A stretch of DNA of 64,000 nt from an uncultured Myxococcales bacterium (GTDB lineage: Bacteria; Myxococcota_A; UBA9042). The stretch is from contig CAITYF010000197.1 in NCBI GenBank assembly GCA_903896545.1, positions 11,665-75,664 of the forward strand, read 5' to 3'. Below the pieces are notes generated by a model, which saw only the letters and a program-made list of their open reading frames with translations, did not search any database and had not been told where the DNA came from. Positions 1-9,942 of the stretch are shown here, piece by piece. A program made the translations under genes and the position numbers. Each line of letters starts with the position of its first letter. Position 1 is the first letter of the stretch.

Positions 1-1017
1 GTCGCGCGGACGGTTTCCTTGTCGTCAACCTCGCGGGTGTACAAGTGAACGTCGCGCTGCGCGTACGGAATGTCGATGCCCGCGCGGCGGAATGCGTACC
101 AAATCCGCTCGCGCACGATGCTGTCTTTGCTGTGAATATGCTCGTCGATGTCGGCAAAATAGCGCAGGCGATACGCTGCGCCGTCTGGGTCAAACTCTTC
201 GATGATGACCGACGGTGCCATGTCGGTGCGCACGCCAGGCGCTTCTACGATCGCCTTCAGCAGCGTTTCGCGCACGTGCGCGGGCGAGAATTCGTACGGC
301 GCGTGCACCCGAATGCTCCGGCGCACCCACGGCTGCGGCTTGGACAGATTGCGAATCGACGTCTTGGCGAGCACGCCGTTGGGCACAATGATTTCAATGC
401 CGTCGTTGGTCAGCAGTTTGGTCGCCCGCCAGTTGATTTCAATCACCTTGCCCAGCGGTTCGCTCGAATCGACCAACTGCACAAAATCGCCGACCTCAAA
501 CGGCCGCTGTGCTTGGATCGACAAGCCCGCAAAGACGTTGCCGAGGGTGTCCTGCAGCGAAAGACCGATGACGGCGGTGATGAGCGCGGACCCGGCGAGC
601 AGCGAACTCAGCTCCACCCCGGCCGTGCGCGCGGTGACCAGCAACACGAGGAAGTAGAGCGCGACCTGCAGGATATCCCGAAAGATCCGCGGAATGGGCA
701 AGTTCAGCTTGCGGGCGAGCAAGCCGTCCAGAAAGGCCATCGCGCTTGCGTGCGCAGCGGCCGCCCAGAGAAAGAAAATCGACGCCGTCCGCAGCGGACC
801 CACTGGGACGTACGCAGCGGCCGTCGCGCTGACGGTTGCGAACAAAAAGTACGCGGCAAGCAGAAGCGCTGGCGCGCGCAGACGCGATCGTTCCGCGGGC
901 GGCAGCAGTACCAACGCCGCGGCGAGTGACACCAAGGCGATCACAACACCCGCGATCGCCGCCTCATGGGTAAATAACAACTTGTCCAGGAGAGCCTCGC
1001 TCGTTTCTGGCCACATC
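1..1017 (-). CDS. Small-conductance mechanosensitive channel (MscS family); the 3' end lies beyond the window edge
   Basis: No minus-strand ORF is in the supplied track because it has no in-window stop. Translating the reverse complement from ATG ~1017 gives MWPETSEALLDKLLF..., N-terminal TM helices, then LQDTLGNVFAGLSIQAQRPFEVGDFVQL...VIEINWRATKLLTNDGIEIIVPNGVLAKTSIRNLS. This is the conserved MscS pore-helix/beta-domain signature, read from sequence. Confidence 0.75.
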
Positions 1018-1232
1018 GCGCTGTGGCGGCTGCGCGGGCAAAGCTAGCCTCGCCGACACGTGCTGTAAACACCCTGCAAAACGCTCCGGGAATTGTTCGT
1101 GATTCAAACGGGTTGTAAGTAACGCTCAGCGGTTTGAGCCAAGGCACTTGCGCGCGGCGCGATTTGTGCTTACTTCTCGCGTCGCGAACGCGGGATTGCG
1201 CCGTGCACCATTGACGTTTCAGGAGGCTCTAC

Positions 1233-2633
1233 ATGAAGAAGGAACAAGTCATCATCACGCTGATGGCGGCCTTCATTGCCGGGTACATTTGGGGTCGCCA
1301 AGCGATCAAGTCGAGTCCGGCTGGCGCGGCCCTTGTGGCCGGTGAAGCGCCCGCTGCTGGTTCTGCTGCCCCGCCTGTTGCGGTTGAGCCCACGCCGGCG
1401 CCATCCGCAGCGCCGACTTCTGCGCCGCCGTCGGCTCCCGTAGCGGCTCCGCCCGCCCAACCGGCGCAGAACAACGCGCCTGCGGACCCGAATCAGATCT
1501 GGCGCGTGACGATCGACCCGGCTGACGGCCGCAAGGGCCCGGACACGGCGCTCGTCAAGGTCGTGGTGTTCGGCGCGTTTGGCAACCAGGAAACCGTGGA
1601 CTTTGCGCCCGCGCTGAATGACGTGATCAAGACGTTTGGCGACAAGGTGCAGATTCGCTTCAAGCACAAGGTGATCCCGGCACCGCATCCGGACGCGCAG
1701 ATGGCCGCGGAGGCGTCGCTCGCCGCGCAAGCGCAGGGCAAGTTCTGGCCGTTTTTCCAAGCGGCCATGAAGTCGACGGCGATCAGTCGTTCCGCCGTGG
1801 AAGAGGCGGCGCAGGCCGCGGGCTGCGACATGGGCAAGTTGAAGGCCGATCTGGATAGCGGTAAGTGGCGCGGTCAGGCGCTGAAGGACAGCCTGCTGGC
1901 CAATGAAGTCGCGGCGCACAGCTACCCGAACATCATGGTCAACGGCGTTCGTTTGTCGCCGCCCAAGACGTGGGACCACCTGAAGCCGCTCATCGAAGAG
2001 CAACTGAAGAAAGCCGAAGAGAAGGTGAAGGCCGGTACGCCGGTGGCCAAGCTGTACGAGGAAGCGATCAAGGGCGGCAAGTTCTTTGAACAGACTGCCG
2101 GTCCGGCGGCGAAGATCGTGACGGACGGTAGCCCCATCTTGGGCAACGCTTCGGCGAAGATCGAAGTCGAAGTGTATGAGGACTTCCAGTGCCCGTTCTG
2201 CTCCAAGATCGCCCCGTCGATCAAGGAGTTCCAGAAGCGATTCCCGAACGACGTGAAGATTGTCTACAAGCACATGCCGCTCACGGACATCCACGATCAC
2301 GCGCAACAGGCGGCTGAAGCGTCGATGGCGGCGGCGGCGCAGGGCAAGTTCTGGGAATATCACGACATTCTGTTTGCGAACCAGAGCGCGCTGGATTCGA
2401 GCAACCTGGAGACCTACGCGCAGCAAGCTGGGCTGGATGTTGCCAAGTTCAAGGCGGATCTGGCCAAGGGCGTGGGGCGCGACATCATCTCGCGCGACGC
2501 CAATGAAGGTCGGCAGGCGGGCGTATCGGGTACGCCGAGTGTGTTTATCAACGGCTTGAAGTACCAAGGTCCCAAGGGCTATCCGCCGGAAGGTCTGGAA
2601 GCGGTGGCGCGCGCCTATCTGGGCCTGAAGTAG
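1233..2633 (+). CDS. Membrane-anchored DsbA-family thiol:disulfide oxidoreductase with two tandem thioredoxin-like domains; the first lacks the CxxC
   Basis: N-terminal TM helix (VIITLMAAFIAGYIWG), an Ala/Pro-rich linker, then two DsbA-like modules each ending in QGKFW(P/E). Only the second carries the catalytic CPFC (EDFQCPFCSKI); the aligned position in the first reads FGNQETVDF. Confidence 0.8.
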   Translation: MKKEQVIITLMAAFIAGYIWGRQAIKSSPAGAALVAGEAPAAGSAAPPVAVEPTPAPSAAPTSAPPSAPVAAPPAQPAQNNAPADPNQIWRVTIDPADGRKGPDTALVKVVVFGAFGNQETVDFAPALNDVIKTFGDKVQIRFKHKVIPAPHPDAQMAAEASLAAQAQGKFWPFFQAAMKSTAISRSAVEEAAQAAGCDMGKLKADLDSGKWRGQALKDSLLANEVAAHSYPNIMVNGVRLSPPKTWDHLKPLIEEQLKKAEEKVKAGTPVAKLYEEAIKGGKFFEQTAGPAAKIVTDGSPILGNASAKIEVEVYEDFQCPFCSKIAPSIKEFQKRFPNDVKIVYKHMPLTDIHDHAQQAAEASMAAAAQGKFWEYHDILFANQSALDSSNLETYAQQAGLDVAKFKADLAKGVGRDIISRDANEGRQAGVSGTPSVFINGLKYQGPKGYPPEGLEAVARAYLGLK

Positions 2634-2740
2634 CGGTCACATACGCGGACCGAATTCCGACGTCAGAGCCACCGACACCGGAGGAGGGAGCTCGCGTCCG
2701 AGATGCAGCACGCCTGCCCCTGCACGGCAGTCATGATCGG

Positions 2741-3409
2741 TCAGCACGCGTCGCCGGGCTTGTACAGCCCGTCAGCGTCCGCGCCCAGAAGCCCCGCGTC
2801 AAACAGCTTCTTGTCGACCGGGGAGAGCCGCGCGATCATCGCGGGCGTCAGGATCTGCGCATGCTTGACCGCGTCCAGATGCAGCGCGATGCGCTCAAGC
2901 CCCGCGTCTTCGGACATCCAGCCGAGCTGATCAAACTTCCGGAGGTCGACTGCGCCGGAGAATTCGCGCAGCGCTTTCTCGCCGTTCAGATTGTAGTAGA
3001 AGTCGAAGTAGCTCATGACCAACTCGCGCAGCGTCCGGTAGACCGGCTCGCGGTAGCGCAGGACCGTGGTGTTGGACTTGGCAATCGCGCCCCAGTGCCC
3101 GTCGATGCGGAAGATCGCGATGACGTGGTCGTCGTCGTTATGCGCGCGCATGTCCAGAATCAGCGGCGGCTGTTCCAAACGACGCAGTGCGGCGGCGGCA
3201 AACAACGCGCCATCAAAACAGTGGGCACGGCGATCGCGCAGAACGGAGAGGGGCGAACGGTAGATCGGCTCGGTCGAATACGGCGTTTCATCCAGGAAGA
3301 TCTGAATTTTCCATGGCGTATCCAGACGCGACAACGTCTCCAGCGCCACGTCTGGCCACTCCGCGGTGAGCATCGAGAAATCCAGTTCCAGGGCATTTTT
3401 GCGCGACAT
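2741..3409 (-). CDS. Hypothetical protein (possible transglutaminase-like Cys/His/Asp fold)
   Basis: 222-aa ORF with coding-like composition. HCFDGALFAAAAL, DDDHVIAIF and DGHWGAI segments are reminiscent of papain/transglutaminase-like catalytic arrangements. The family assignment is tentative. Confidence 0.4.
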   Translation of the reverse strand: MSRKNALELDFSMLTAEWPDVALETLSRLDTPWKIQIFLDETPYSTEPIYRSPLSVLRDRRAHCFDGALFAAAALRRLEQPPLILDMRAHNDDDHVIAIFRIDGHWGAIAKSNTTVLRYREPVYRTLRELVMSYFDFYYNLNGEKALREFSGAVDLRKFDQLGWMSEDAGLERIALHLDAVKHAQILTPAMIARLSPVDKKLFDAGLLGADADGLYKPGDAC

Positions 3410-3535
3410 GACGGTCTCCGTGGGAAGCGAGGGCGGAGATAGCGGGCGCGGCGCGGGCTGTCAATCTGCGCGCCACGGCTGGACGGGGACCGCGCGACAG
3501 GGCAAGGTTGGCGCGGGCGATTCTTGGAGATCTCG

Positions 3536-4207
3536 ATGAGTGCAAGCGCGACGTCTACGCTTCTGGTGGCGGATCGGGTCAAACCGCTCCTGCGCGGCGT
3601 CTCCCACCAAATCGCGTTCTACCTCAGCCTCGTCGCTGGCGCCGCGCTCACCGCGCTTGCGTCGTCGGGCGTGCCGACGTGGTGCGCGTTGGTCTACAGC
3701 ATCTGCTTGGCGGCACTTTTTGGCATCAGCAGCGCCTATCACCGGCCCAACTGGAGTCCGAACGCGCGGCAGTGGATGCGCCGTCTTGATCACGCGGGCA
3801 TCTTCCTCATGATCGCTGGCACCTACACGCCGGTCTGTTTGCTCGCCGTCAAAGGTGAAACTGGCGAACACCTGCTCATTGCGGTCTGGATCGGCGCGGC
3901 TCTGGGTTGCATCAAGTCGGTCGTCTGGGTCAACGCGCCCAAGGCGCTCTTTGCTCTCTTGTGCGTCATCTACGCGTGGGCGGTGCTTGGACAATGGTCG
4001 GCGGTGCACGCTGGAATCGGCGATCGCGGCGCGTGGCTCCTCCTCGGCGGCGGCGCGTCTTACACCGTGGGCGCCGTCATCTACGCGCTCAAGCGCCCCG
4101 ACCCGTTTCCCGCGACGTTTGGCTACCACGAGATCTTCCACGCGCTGGTCATCGCGGGCGCCGTTTGTCACTTTTTCATCGTCACAGCGCTCGTCCTTCC
4201 GGCCTGA
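3536..4207 (+). CDS. Hemolysin III / PAQR (YqfA) family 7-TM membrane protein
   Basis: Seven hydrophobic segments and the family motif FGYHEIFHALVIAGAVCHF near the C-terminus. The ATG at 3536 is preferred over the upstream TTG at 3524. Confidence 0.8.
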   Translation: MSASATSTLLVADRVKPLLRGVSHQIAFYLSLVAGAALTALASSGVPTWCALVYSICLAALFGISSAYHRPNWSPNARQWMRRLDHAGIFLMIAGTYTPVCLLAVKGETGEHLLIAVWIGAALGCIKSVVWVNAPKALFALLCVIYAWAVLGQWSAVHAGIGDRGAWLLLGGGASYTVGAVIYALKRPDPFPATFGYHEIFHALVIAGAVCHFFIVTALVLPA

Positions 4208-4233
4208 GCGCGCACGCACGCGGGGGAACGCGG

Positions 4234-5301
4234 ATGACCGATTTCACCGACCAAGGCGGCCCGGTTCGCGAGGGCGAGGCGCTTGACGCGCAAGCCGTCA
4301 CGACGTGGCTGAAGCCGCACGTTCCGGAGCTGCAAGGTCTGCCAGAAGTGACGCAGTACGCTGGCGGCGCGAGCAATTGGACGTATCGGCTGCGCTATGC
4401 GAGTCACGATCTGATTCTGCGGCGTCCGCCGGCGGGGACGCGGGCCAAGTCGGCGCATGACATGGCGCGGGAATTTCGCGTGCAAGCGGCGCTGCAGCCT
4501 GTGTTCCCGTGGGTGCCCAACATGGTCGCGCTGTGTCAGGACGAGTCCGTGCTGGGCGTGGATTTCTACGTCATGGAGCGGATTCCAGGGGTGATTGCGC
4601 GCGCGCGCCTACCGGAAGGTCTGCGGTTGGATCGCGATCAAGCGCGGCAGCTGTGTCTGAACTGGGTCGACAAGTTGGCGGAACTCCACGCGGTCGACAC
4701 GCAAACGCCAGGGCTGGCGACGTTGGGCAAGGGCACTGGGTACTGCAAACGGCAAATTGACGGGTGGTCGGACAGGTACGAGAAAGCGCGGACGTGGAAC
4801 GTGCCTTCCTACAAGGGCGTACGCGCGTGGCTGCACCAGCAGATTCCGGCGGACGTCGCGACGTGCGTGATCCACGGGGACTGGCGGCTGGACAACGTGG
4901 TCCTGGATCCGACCGACCCGACGCGTATCATCGGCGTGCTGGATTGGGAGATGGCCACGCTGGGGGATCCGCTGATGGACTTGGGCAACGCGCTGGCGTA
5001 CTGGGTGCAGGCCGACGACGGTCTTCTCATGCGGACCACGCGCCGGCAGCCGTCGCATCTGCCGGGAATGCTCACGCGGCGCGAAGTCGTGGCGCGCTAT
5101 TTGGAAAGGACTGGGCGCAGCGTCGACAACTGGGCGTTCTACGAGGTCTACGGTCTCTTTCGTCTGGCCGTGATCGCCCAGCAGATCTACTACCGGTACC
5201 ACCATAAGCAGACACGCAACCCGGCGTTTCGCAACTTCTGGGTCTTGATTCACTACTTGCACTGGCGCTGCAAAAGTGTCATCGCCAAGGGGCACAGCTG
5301 A
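4234..5301 (+). CDS. Phosphotransferase enzyme family protein (APH / choline-kinase-like fold)
   Basis: HGDWRLDNVV (Brenner HGDxxxxN catalytic loop) and IGVLDWEMATLGDPLMD (DWE metal-binding motif). Start placed at MTDFTDQ; the longer upstream ORF extension is Arg/Pro-rich junk. Confidence 0.75.
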   Translation: MTDFTDQGGPVREGEALDAQAVTTWLKPHVPELQGLPEVTQYAGGASNWTYRLRYASHDLILRRPPAGTRAKSAHDMAREFRVQAALQPVFPWVPNMVALCQDESVLGVDFYVMERIPGVIARARLPEGLRLDRDQARQLCLNWVDKLAELHAVDTQTPGLATLGKGTGYCKRQIDGWSDRYEKARTWNVPSYKGVRAWLHQQIPADVATCVIHGDWRLDNVVLDPTDPTRIIGVLDWEMATLGDPLMDLGNALAYWVQADDGLLMRTTRRQPSHLPGMLTRREVVARYLERTGRSVDNWAFYEVYGLFRLAVIAQQIYYRYHHKQTRNPAFRNFWVLIHYLHWRCKSVIAKGHS

Positions 5302-5993
5302 TGGGCGTGGTGTACCTGATTCGCCACGGTCAGGCGTCGTTTGGCGCGGCCAATTACGACCAGCTTTCACAAGTTGGCGAGCGACAGGCGCGCGTGCTTG
5401 GACAGACGCTGCGGGCGCGCTCGCCGCAACTGGACGCGGCTTACGCCGGCGCGATGCAGCGGCACCGGCAGACCGCGGAGCCTGCGCTGACGGCATGGAC
5501 GTCCGCGCCGCCATTGCAGGTACACGCGGGCTTCAATGAATTTGACCATCAGGAAGTGCTGGTGCGCTTCAAACCCGCGTACGCGAACAGACTGCTTTTG
5601 GCGGCGGACATGGCGCGCACGCTGCAGCCGCGCAAGGCATTTCAAGCGGCGTTTGACGCGGCGGCGGCGCGTTGGCTGAGTGGCGCGCACGATGACGAGT
5701 ACGCGGAGCCTTGGCCAGTCTTTCGCGAGCGGTGCGTGACCGCGTTGCACGACGTCATCGCCGCGCTGGGGCCGTCACGCACGGCAGCGGTGTTCACATC
5801 GGGTGGAACAATCAGCGCGATTTTGCAGCATCTGCTCGGCCTGCCGGACGATCGCGTCTTTGCGCTCAATCGCACATTGGTCAACTGCGGCGTGACCAAA
5901 CTTGTCTACGGCGCGAACGGCACGTACGTTTCCACCTGGAACGAGCACAGCCATCTGGAAGGCGACGCCGGCGCGCTCCTCACCTACCGCTAA
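5301..5993 (+). CDS. Histidine phosphatase (phosphoglycerate-mutase-like) family protein
   Basis: N-terminal LIRHGQASFG (RHG catalytic motif). ATGA stop/start overlap with the upstream phosphotransferase gene indicates translational coupling. Confidence 0.8.
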   Translation: MGVVYLIRHGQASFGAANYDQLSQVGERQARVLGQTLRARSPQLDAAYAGAMQRHRQTAEPALTAWTSAPPLQVHAGFNEFDHQEVLVRFKPAYANRLLLAADMARTLQPRKAFQAAFDAAAARWLSGAHDDEYAEPWPVFRERCVTALHDVIAALGPSRTAAVFTSGGTISAILQHLLGLPDDRVFALNRTLVNCGVTKLVYGANGTYVSTWNEHSHLEGDAGALLTYR

Positions 5994-6005
5994 CGGAGAC
6001 ACACG

Positions 6006-6752
6006 ATGCGCAAGACGATCCTCATTACGGGTGCCAGTTCCGGCTTGGGCGAAGGCTTGGCCCGCGAATTCGCCGCGCATGGGCGTGACTTGGCGCTCTG
6101 CGCGCGGCGGACGGAACGGCTCGAAGCATTGCGCGCGGAGCTGCTGGCCAAGCATCCCGGCATCCAGGTGTCGGTTCGGGCGCTCGACGTGAACGATCAC
6201 GCGCAAGTATTTGAAGTGTTCGCCGCTTTTGCAGCGGAATTTGGCACGCTCGATCGGATCATCATCAACGCGGGCATCGGGGAAGGGCGGCGCATCGGCA
6301 CGGGGCACTTTGCGACGAACTTGAAGACGGCGGAGACGAACTTCATCGCCGCGTTGGCGCAATGTGAGGCCGCGGTCGAGATCTTCCGGCGGCAGAAGGA
6401 CGGGCATCTGGTGGCGATTTCTTCGATGAGCGCGTTGCGCGGCATGCCCAAGCACCTCACGGCGTACGCGGCGACCAAGGCGGGGCTGGCGAATCTGGCC
6501 GAGGGCATTCGCGCGGAACTCCTCAACACGCCGATCCGCGTCAGTACGATCTTTCCCGGCTACATCTCGACGGAAATCAACGCCGGGGCGAAGGGACTGC
6601 CGTACCTCGTCGACGCCGCGACTGGATGTCGGCAACTCTTTGCGGCGATTGAGCGTGAACCCGTGAAGGCGTACGTGCCTGCCTATCCTTGGGCGATCCT
6701 CGGTCTGTGGATGCGGTTTATGCCGCTGAAGTGGCTGGCAAAAATGACCTAG
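6006..6752 (+). CDS. Short-chain dehydrogenase/reductase (SDR) family oxidoreductase
   Basis: TGASSGLGEGLA Rossmann motif, NAG motif (IINAGIG) and YxxxK (YAATKAG). Third gene of the phosphotransferase / phosphatase / SDR trio. Confidence 0.85.
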   Translation: MRKTILITGASSGLGEGLAREFAAHGRDLALCARRTERLEALRAELLAKHPGIQVSVRALDVNDHAQVFEVFAAFAAEFGTLDRIIINAGIGEGRRIGTGHFATNLKTAETNFIAALAQCEAAVEIFRRQKDGHLVAISSMSALRGMPKHLTAYAATKAGLANLAEGIRAELLNTPIRVSTIFPGYISTEINAGAKGLPYLVDAATGCRQLFAAIEREPVKAYVPAYPWAILGLWMRFMPLKWLAKMT

Positions 6753-6760
6753 GCGACTCC

Positions 6761-8989
6761 TCAGAGCGGCGAGTAGAAGAAGCGCAACTGCAAACCCTGC
6801 TCGTAGGCGAACGGGTCGAGCGGATTGACGTTCGGCTGGCGCACGACGTTGAGGGTGTAGGTGACCGATGCGAAGCTGCTCAAGCGCAGGCTCAGCGTGT
6901 TGCGCCACGTCATCTGCGTTGCGGTCAGACCTTCAAACGGCAGGAGCATGTCAAATTCGGTGGAGGCCTGCAGGTAGCGCGACAGACGCGCTTGGCCGAG
7001 GGCGGAGACTTCGACGCCGGTCAGCACAGTGCCGCGGACTTGGCGCATCTCAAACGCGGCGGTGGACGCAGAGTCTGCGGGGACGAGTTGGCCGTTGGTG
7101 ACGTATTGGCGCGAGCCAAGACCGCTGCGGAGGTCGAGGTCCAAGAAAACGTTGTGGAGGACGCGGAAGTTCGCGCCGGCGCCTTGTTTGAGCTGGATGG
7201 GGGCGAACGAGGTGGCGAGCTCGAATTGGGAGACGCCGAGGCCGTCGGAGCCCGAGTGGGTGGAGAGGGTGTTGCCGTCAGCGTCTTGGACAACAACAGC
7301 CGTAGGCTTTGTCATGTATACGTAATGGTTAAACAAACTCGTCTCTCCGCCGATGCGGACGTACGGCCCGATCCACGGCAGGTACTGGTAGATGTAAACT
7401 GAGTTCAGGTACACCCGGTCCTTCGTCGACTGCAGGCGGCCGTCGAGGAGGTTTCCCGGCTTGTTGTCCGCGCCCATGATCGGCGTGAGCGTCTGGCCTT
7501 CTTCGATCTCCAGACGGGTGGTCCACACGTGCTGGTCGGTCTTGTACTGCAAGCGATTGTCGGTGAAGAGGTCGATGCCGAGGCTGCTGCCGGCCGGTGC
7601 GCTGGAGAAGCCTTCGGTGCGGCTGGTGAGCAACACGCTGCCGCCGAGCGATGAGCGGATGCTCCAGTGGCTGTCGATGCTGTGGCCACTTTCCGGTTCA
7701 GCGACGCCCGCGCCGAGGAAGTCGCGGGAGACTTCGTCCTGCACCAGCGTAAACGGAACGGCCATGCCAGCGAGAAGTCGTACCGTAGAGAAATTCGTCC
7801 GGGCCCGGTACGTAGACCCCGACTGAATCAACTTGTGCAGGCCTGGTTGCAGAATCCAGACTTGCGTTTCCTGACCCAACTCTTCGTTCACACCGTAGCC
7901 CACGCCGAGGTACTCGCGGTCGTCCATGCGAATGAGCTCGTAGGTGCCCAAGAATGGAATGAAATTGATGTTGACGACCGACACGTCCAGTGCTGCCCAA
8001 TCTGGCGTCACAATGCTGGTTTCTCCTTCAACCACCGTGACCTCGCGCACGACGTGCTGCGACGCTGGCCCCGAACCAAACTCCACCTGATAGTTGCCCG
8101 GTGAGACCGGGATGCGACGTCCCATCGTCCCTGTGGCGACGCGCTTGCCATCGGCCAGCACGGTCACAGGCGGTTCGCGGTCTGGCTTCTGACTAAGAGC
8201 CGGCAGGAAAATCGCGCCTTGTCCCGCCATCACCGGCGTCGGGTCGGATTGGTACTGCTCCGAGTGCCGCCAGTTCACATGGACACCGTTCGTTCCGTCA
8301 AAAACCTCGTTCGCAAAACTCGTCGGTGGCGGCGCGCTCGCATCGGCCGTCGGCGTGATGTCGTGGGCCATCGGCGTGTGCACCGGCACCGGTTTGCCCG
8401 CGACAACGGCATCCACTTCCGGCAAGGCGATCTGCATCTGCTCGTGCAAGATTTCCGACATCGCACGCACGACGAGTCCGACGTTTTGCTCAGCGAGTGG
8501 CCGTCGCTCGTCAAACGAGAATTGCCAGACAGTGCGGTTGTCCTCAAAACGCGTGAGCCGCAGCGTCATCGCCAGGTGTGCGAACCACTGAGTGCCGCCT
8601 TCCAGTTCCTCAATCGCCTGCACGGATGCGTCCAGCACGTAGTTCGGCGGCTTTTCACCCAAACGCTCCACGACGCTACGGAACGTGCCCGACGCCGTGA
8701 ATGCCTGCGCGAGCAATTGGCCAAGCATGCGCGACGGGCGATCGGCCCAGTTGTTCTGGCGGAAAAACTGCAATTCCTGCGGCGAAATCCGGTAGACGAT
8801 CTGCGGGCGGTTGTACACCGGCGACACATCGACTTCATGCAGCAGCAACTCCGGCCCCTTGCGGGCGGGCGGCGGCGCTGTCACCGGCGGTAGGTTCATC
8901 GTGTAGTAACGTTGCTCGGCGGTGGTCGCACCGAAACAACTGGCCAGCAGCAGCGGCACGCATAGCCACAGGCGTTGGGCGGTTTGCAT
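6761..8989 (-). CDS. Lipoprotein: PqiC/ABC-transport-auxiliary-like N-terminal domain fused to a ~550-aa C-terminal domain of unknown function
   Basis: Lipobox LLLASC. The N-terminal ~200 aa (YYTMNLPP...VYNRPQIVYRISPQELQFFRQNNWADRPSRMLGQLL) resembles the ABC-transport auxiliary lipoprotein (PqiC/YmbA) family. The rest is beta-rich and ends ...QLRFFYSPL. It is the last gene of the mla-like operon. Confidence 0.6.
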   Translation of the reverse strand: MQTAQRLWLCVPLLLASCFGATTAEQRYYTMNLPPVTAPPPARKGPELLLHEVDVSPVYNRPQIVYRISPQELQFFRQNNWADRPSRMLGQLLAQAFTASGTFRSVVERLGEKPPNYVLDASVQAIEELEGGTQWFAHLAMTLRLTRFEDNRTVWQFSFDERRPLAEQNVGLVVRAMSEILHEQMQIALPEVDAVVAGKPVPVHTPMAHDITPTADASAPPPTSFANEVFDGTNGVHVNWRHSEQYQSDPTPVMAGQGAIFLPALSQKPDREPPVTVLADGKRVATGTMGRRIPVSPGNYQVEFGSGPASQHVVREVTVVEGETSIVTPDWAALDVSVVNINFIPFLGTYELIRMDDREYLGVGYGVNEELGQETQVWILQPGLHKLIQSGSTYRARTNFSTVRLLAGMAVPFTLVQDEVSRDFLGAGVAEPESGHSIDSHWSIRSSLGGSVLLTSRTEGFSSAPAGSSLGIDLFTDNRLQYKTDQHVWTTRLEIEEGQTLTPIMGADNKPGNLLDGRLQSTKDRVYLNSVYIYQYLPWIGPYVRIGGETSLFNHYVYMTKPTAVVVQDADGNTLSTHSGSDGLGVSQFELATSFAPIQLKQGAGANFRVLHNVFLDLDLRSGLGSRQYVTNGQLVPADSASTAAFEMRQVRGTVLTGVEVSALGQARLSRYLQASTEFDMLLPFEGLTATQMTWRNTLSLRLSSFASVTYTLNVVRQPNVNPLDPFAYEQGLQLRFFYSPL

Positions 8990-9003
8990 GGTCGCGCTCC
9001 TCC

Positions 9004-9942
9004 TCATTTGCCGATCCGCCGATCGCTTTGTTTGTCCGCGCTAAACATCAGAAGCGTCGGATTTTCCTTCACCGCCTGGCTGAAGTCGCTCAAGTCCGCC
9101 GACGCGTCGCGTAAGTGCCGCAGCGTCACGTCAATGTCCGCTTGGCTGCGCGTGATGACCAGATTCAGACTGTCCACCAGCCGCTCGACCTTGTTGACGG
9201 CGGCGTACACTTCACTGTGTGGACCGACAGACTTGCGCAGGTCTTCGGCAGCGCCCTTCAAGTCCAACACGAGCTCGTCCGCGTGCGTCACAACCAGCGC
9301 GGCGTTGTGCGAAACAATGGCGAGTTCCTCGGACGTCTTGCGTGCGTTCGCGATGATCGCCGCAACGTTCTCGCGGTTGTCCGTCAGGATACCCGCACTT
9401 TGGTCGAGGATCTGTTGCACGCTCGCCTGCGCCTTGGTCCCCGTCATCGCTTGCATGTGCACGAGCAAGTCGTCCAGCTTCTCGCCGATGGACGCCGCGC
9501 GTTCCGAAAGTGAATCGAGGAACGAATCGCCGGGTGGGATGAACTCGCCCGGCTTGCGAAGCCGCATCTTGGGCGACCCGCGCGAGATGTCGACGAACTT
9601 CATGCCCGTGATGCCCTGCGAACCGAGGCTCGCTTTGGAGTCCACGGCGATCGGCGTGTCGTGCGCAACGCTGATGGTGACCGCGATGACGGAGACGTTG
9701 TCGGGAGCGACTCCCAATTCTTCGACTCGGCCGATCTTGATGCCGCTGTACGTGACGTCAGAGCCAACCGAGAGACCTGAAAACGACGCGGCTTTGCTTG
9801 AAAAGCGGATGTGGTACGTGTCGCGTTTTTCCGTCAACGCGCGGCCCGCGAGCGCCAACGTCGCGGCGACGAGCACGGTCAAACCGGCGCCGACGAACAG
9901 TCCTAAGCGGACCTTTTGGCCCTTGGTCAAGTTGGCCATCAC
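9004..9942 (-). CDS. MCE-domain (MlaD-like) substrate-binding protein
   Basis: N-terminal TM helix followed by an MCE fold (YHIRFSSKAASFSGLSVGSDVTYSGIKIGRVEEL). Coiled-coil-like C-terminus. 4-nt overlap with the upstream ATPase gene. Confidence 0.8.
   Translation of the reverse strand: MMANLTKGQKVRLGLFVGAGLTVLVAATLALAGRALTEKRDTYHIRFSSKAASFSGLSVGSDVTYSGIKIGRVEELGVAPDNVSVIAVTISVAHDTPIAVDSKASLGSQGITGMKFVDISRGSPKMRLRKPGEFIPPGDSFLDSLSERAASIGEKLDDLLVHMQAMTGTKAQASVQQILDQSAGILTDNRENVAAIIANARKTSEELAIVSHNAALVVTHADELVLDLKGAAEDLRKSVGPHSEVYAAVNKVERLVDSLNLVITRSQADIDVTLRHLRDASADLSDFSQAVKENPTLLMFSADKQSDRRIGK

Noticed and set aside
1170-2567. 465-aa minus-strand ORF antisense to the DsbA-family gene (and similar long ORFs: 5775-6908 minus, 11886-13214 plus, 36832-38523 plus, 52952-54538 plus, 55652-57631 minus, 20855-22096 minus)
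   Set aside because: These are Arg/Ala/Pro-rich, low-complexity translations lying exactly opposite well-supported genes with clear family motifs. They are the typical spurious antisense ORFs of a high-GC genome.
3907-4233. Upstream 110-codon extension of the phosphotransferase ORF, and the 12956-13243 extension of the HUH gene
   Set aside because: The extensions are Arg/Gly-rich, overlap the preceding genes, and precede good internal ATG starts (MTDFTDQ, MTAIRHF).
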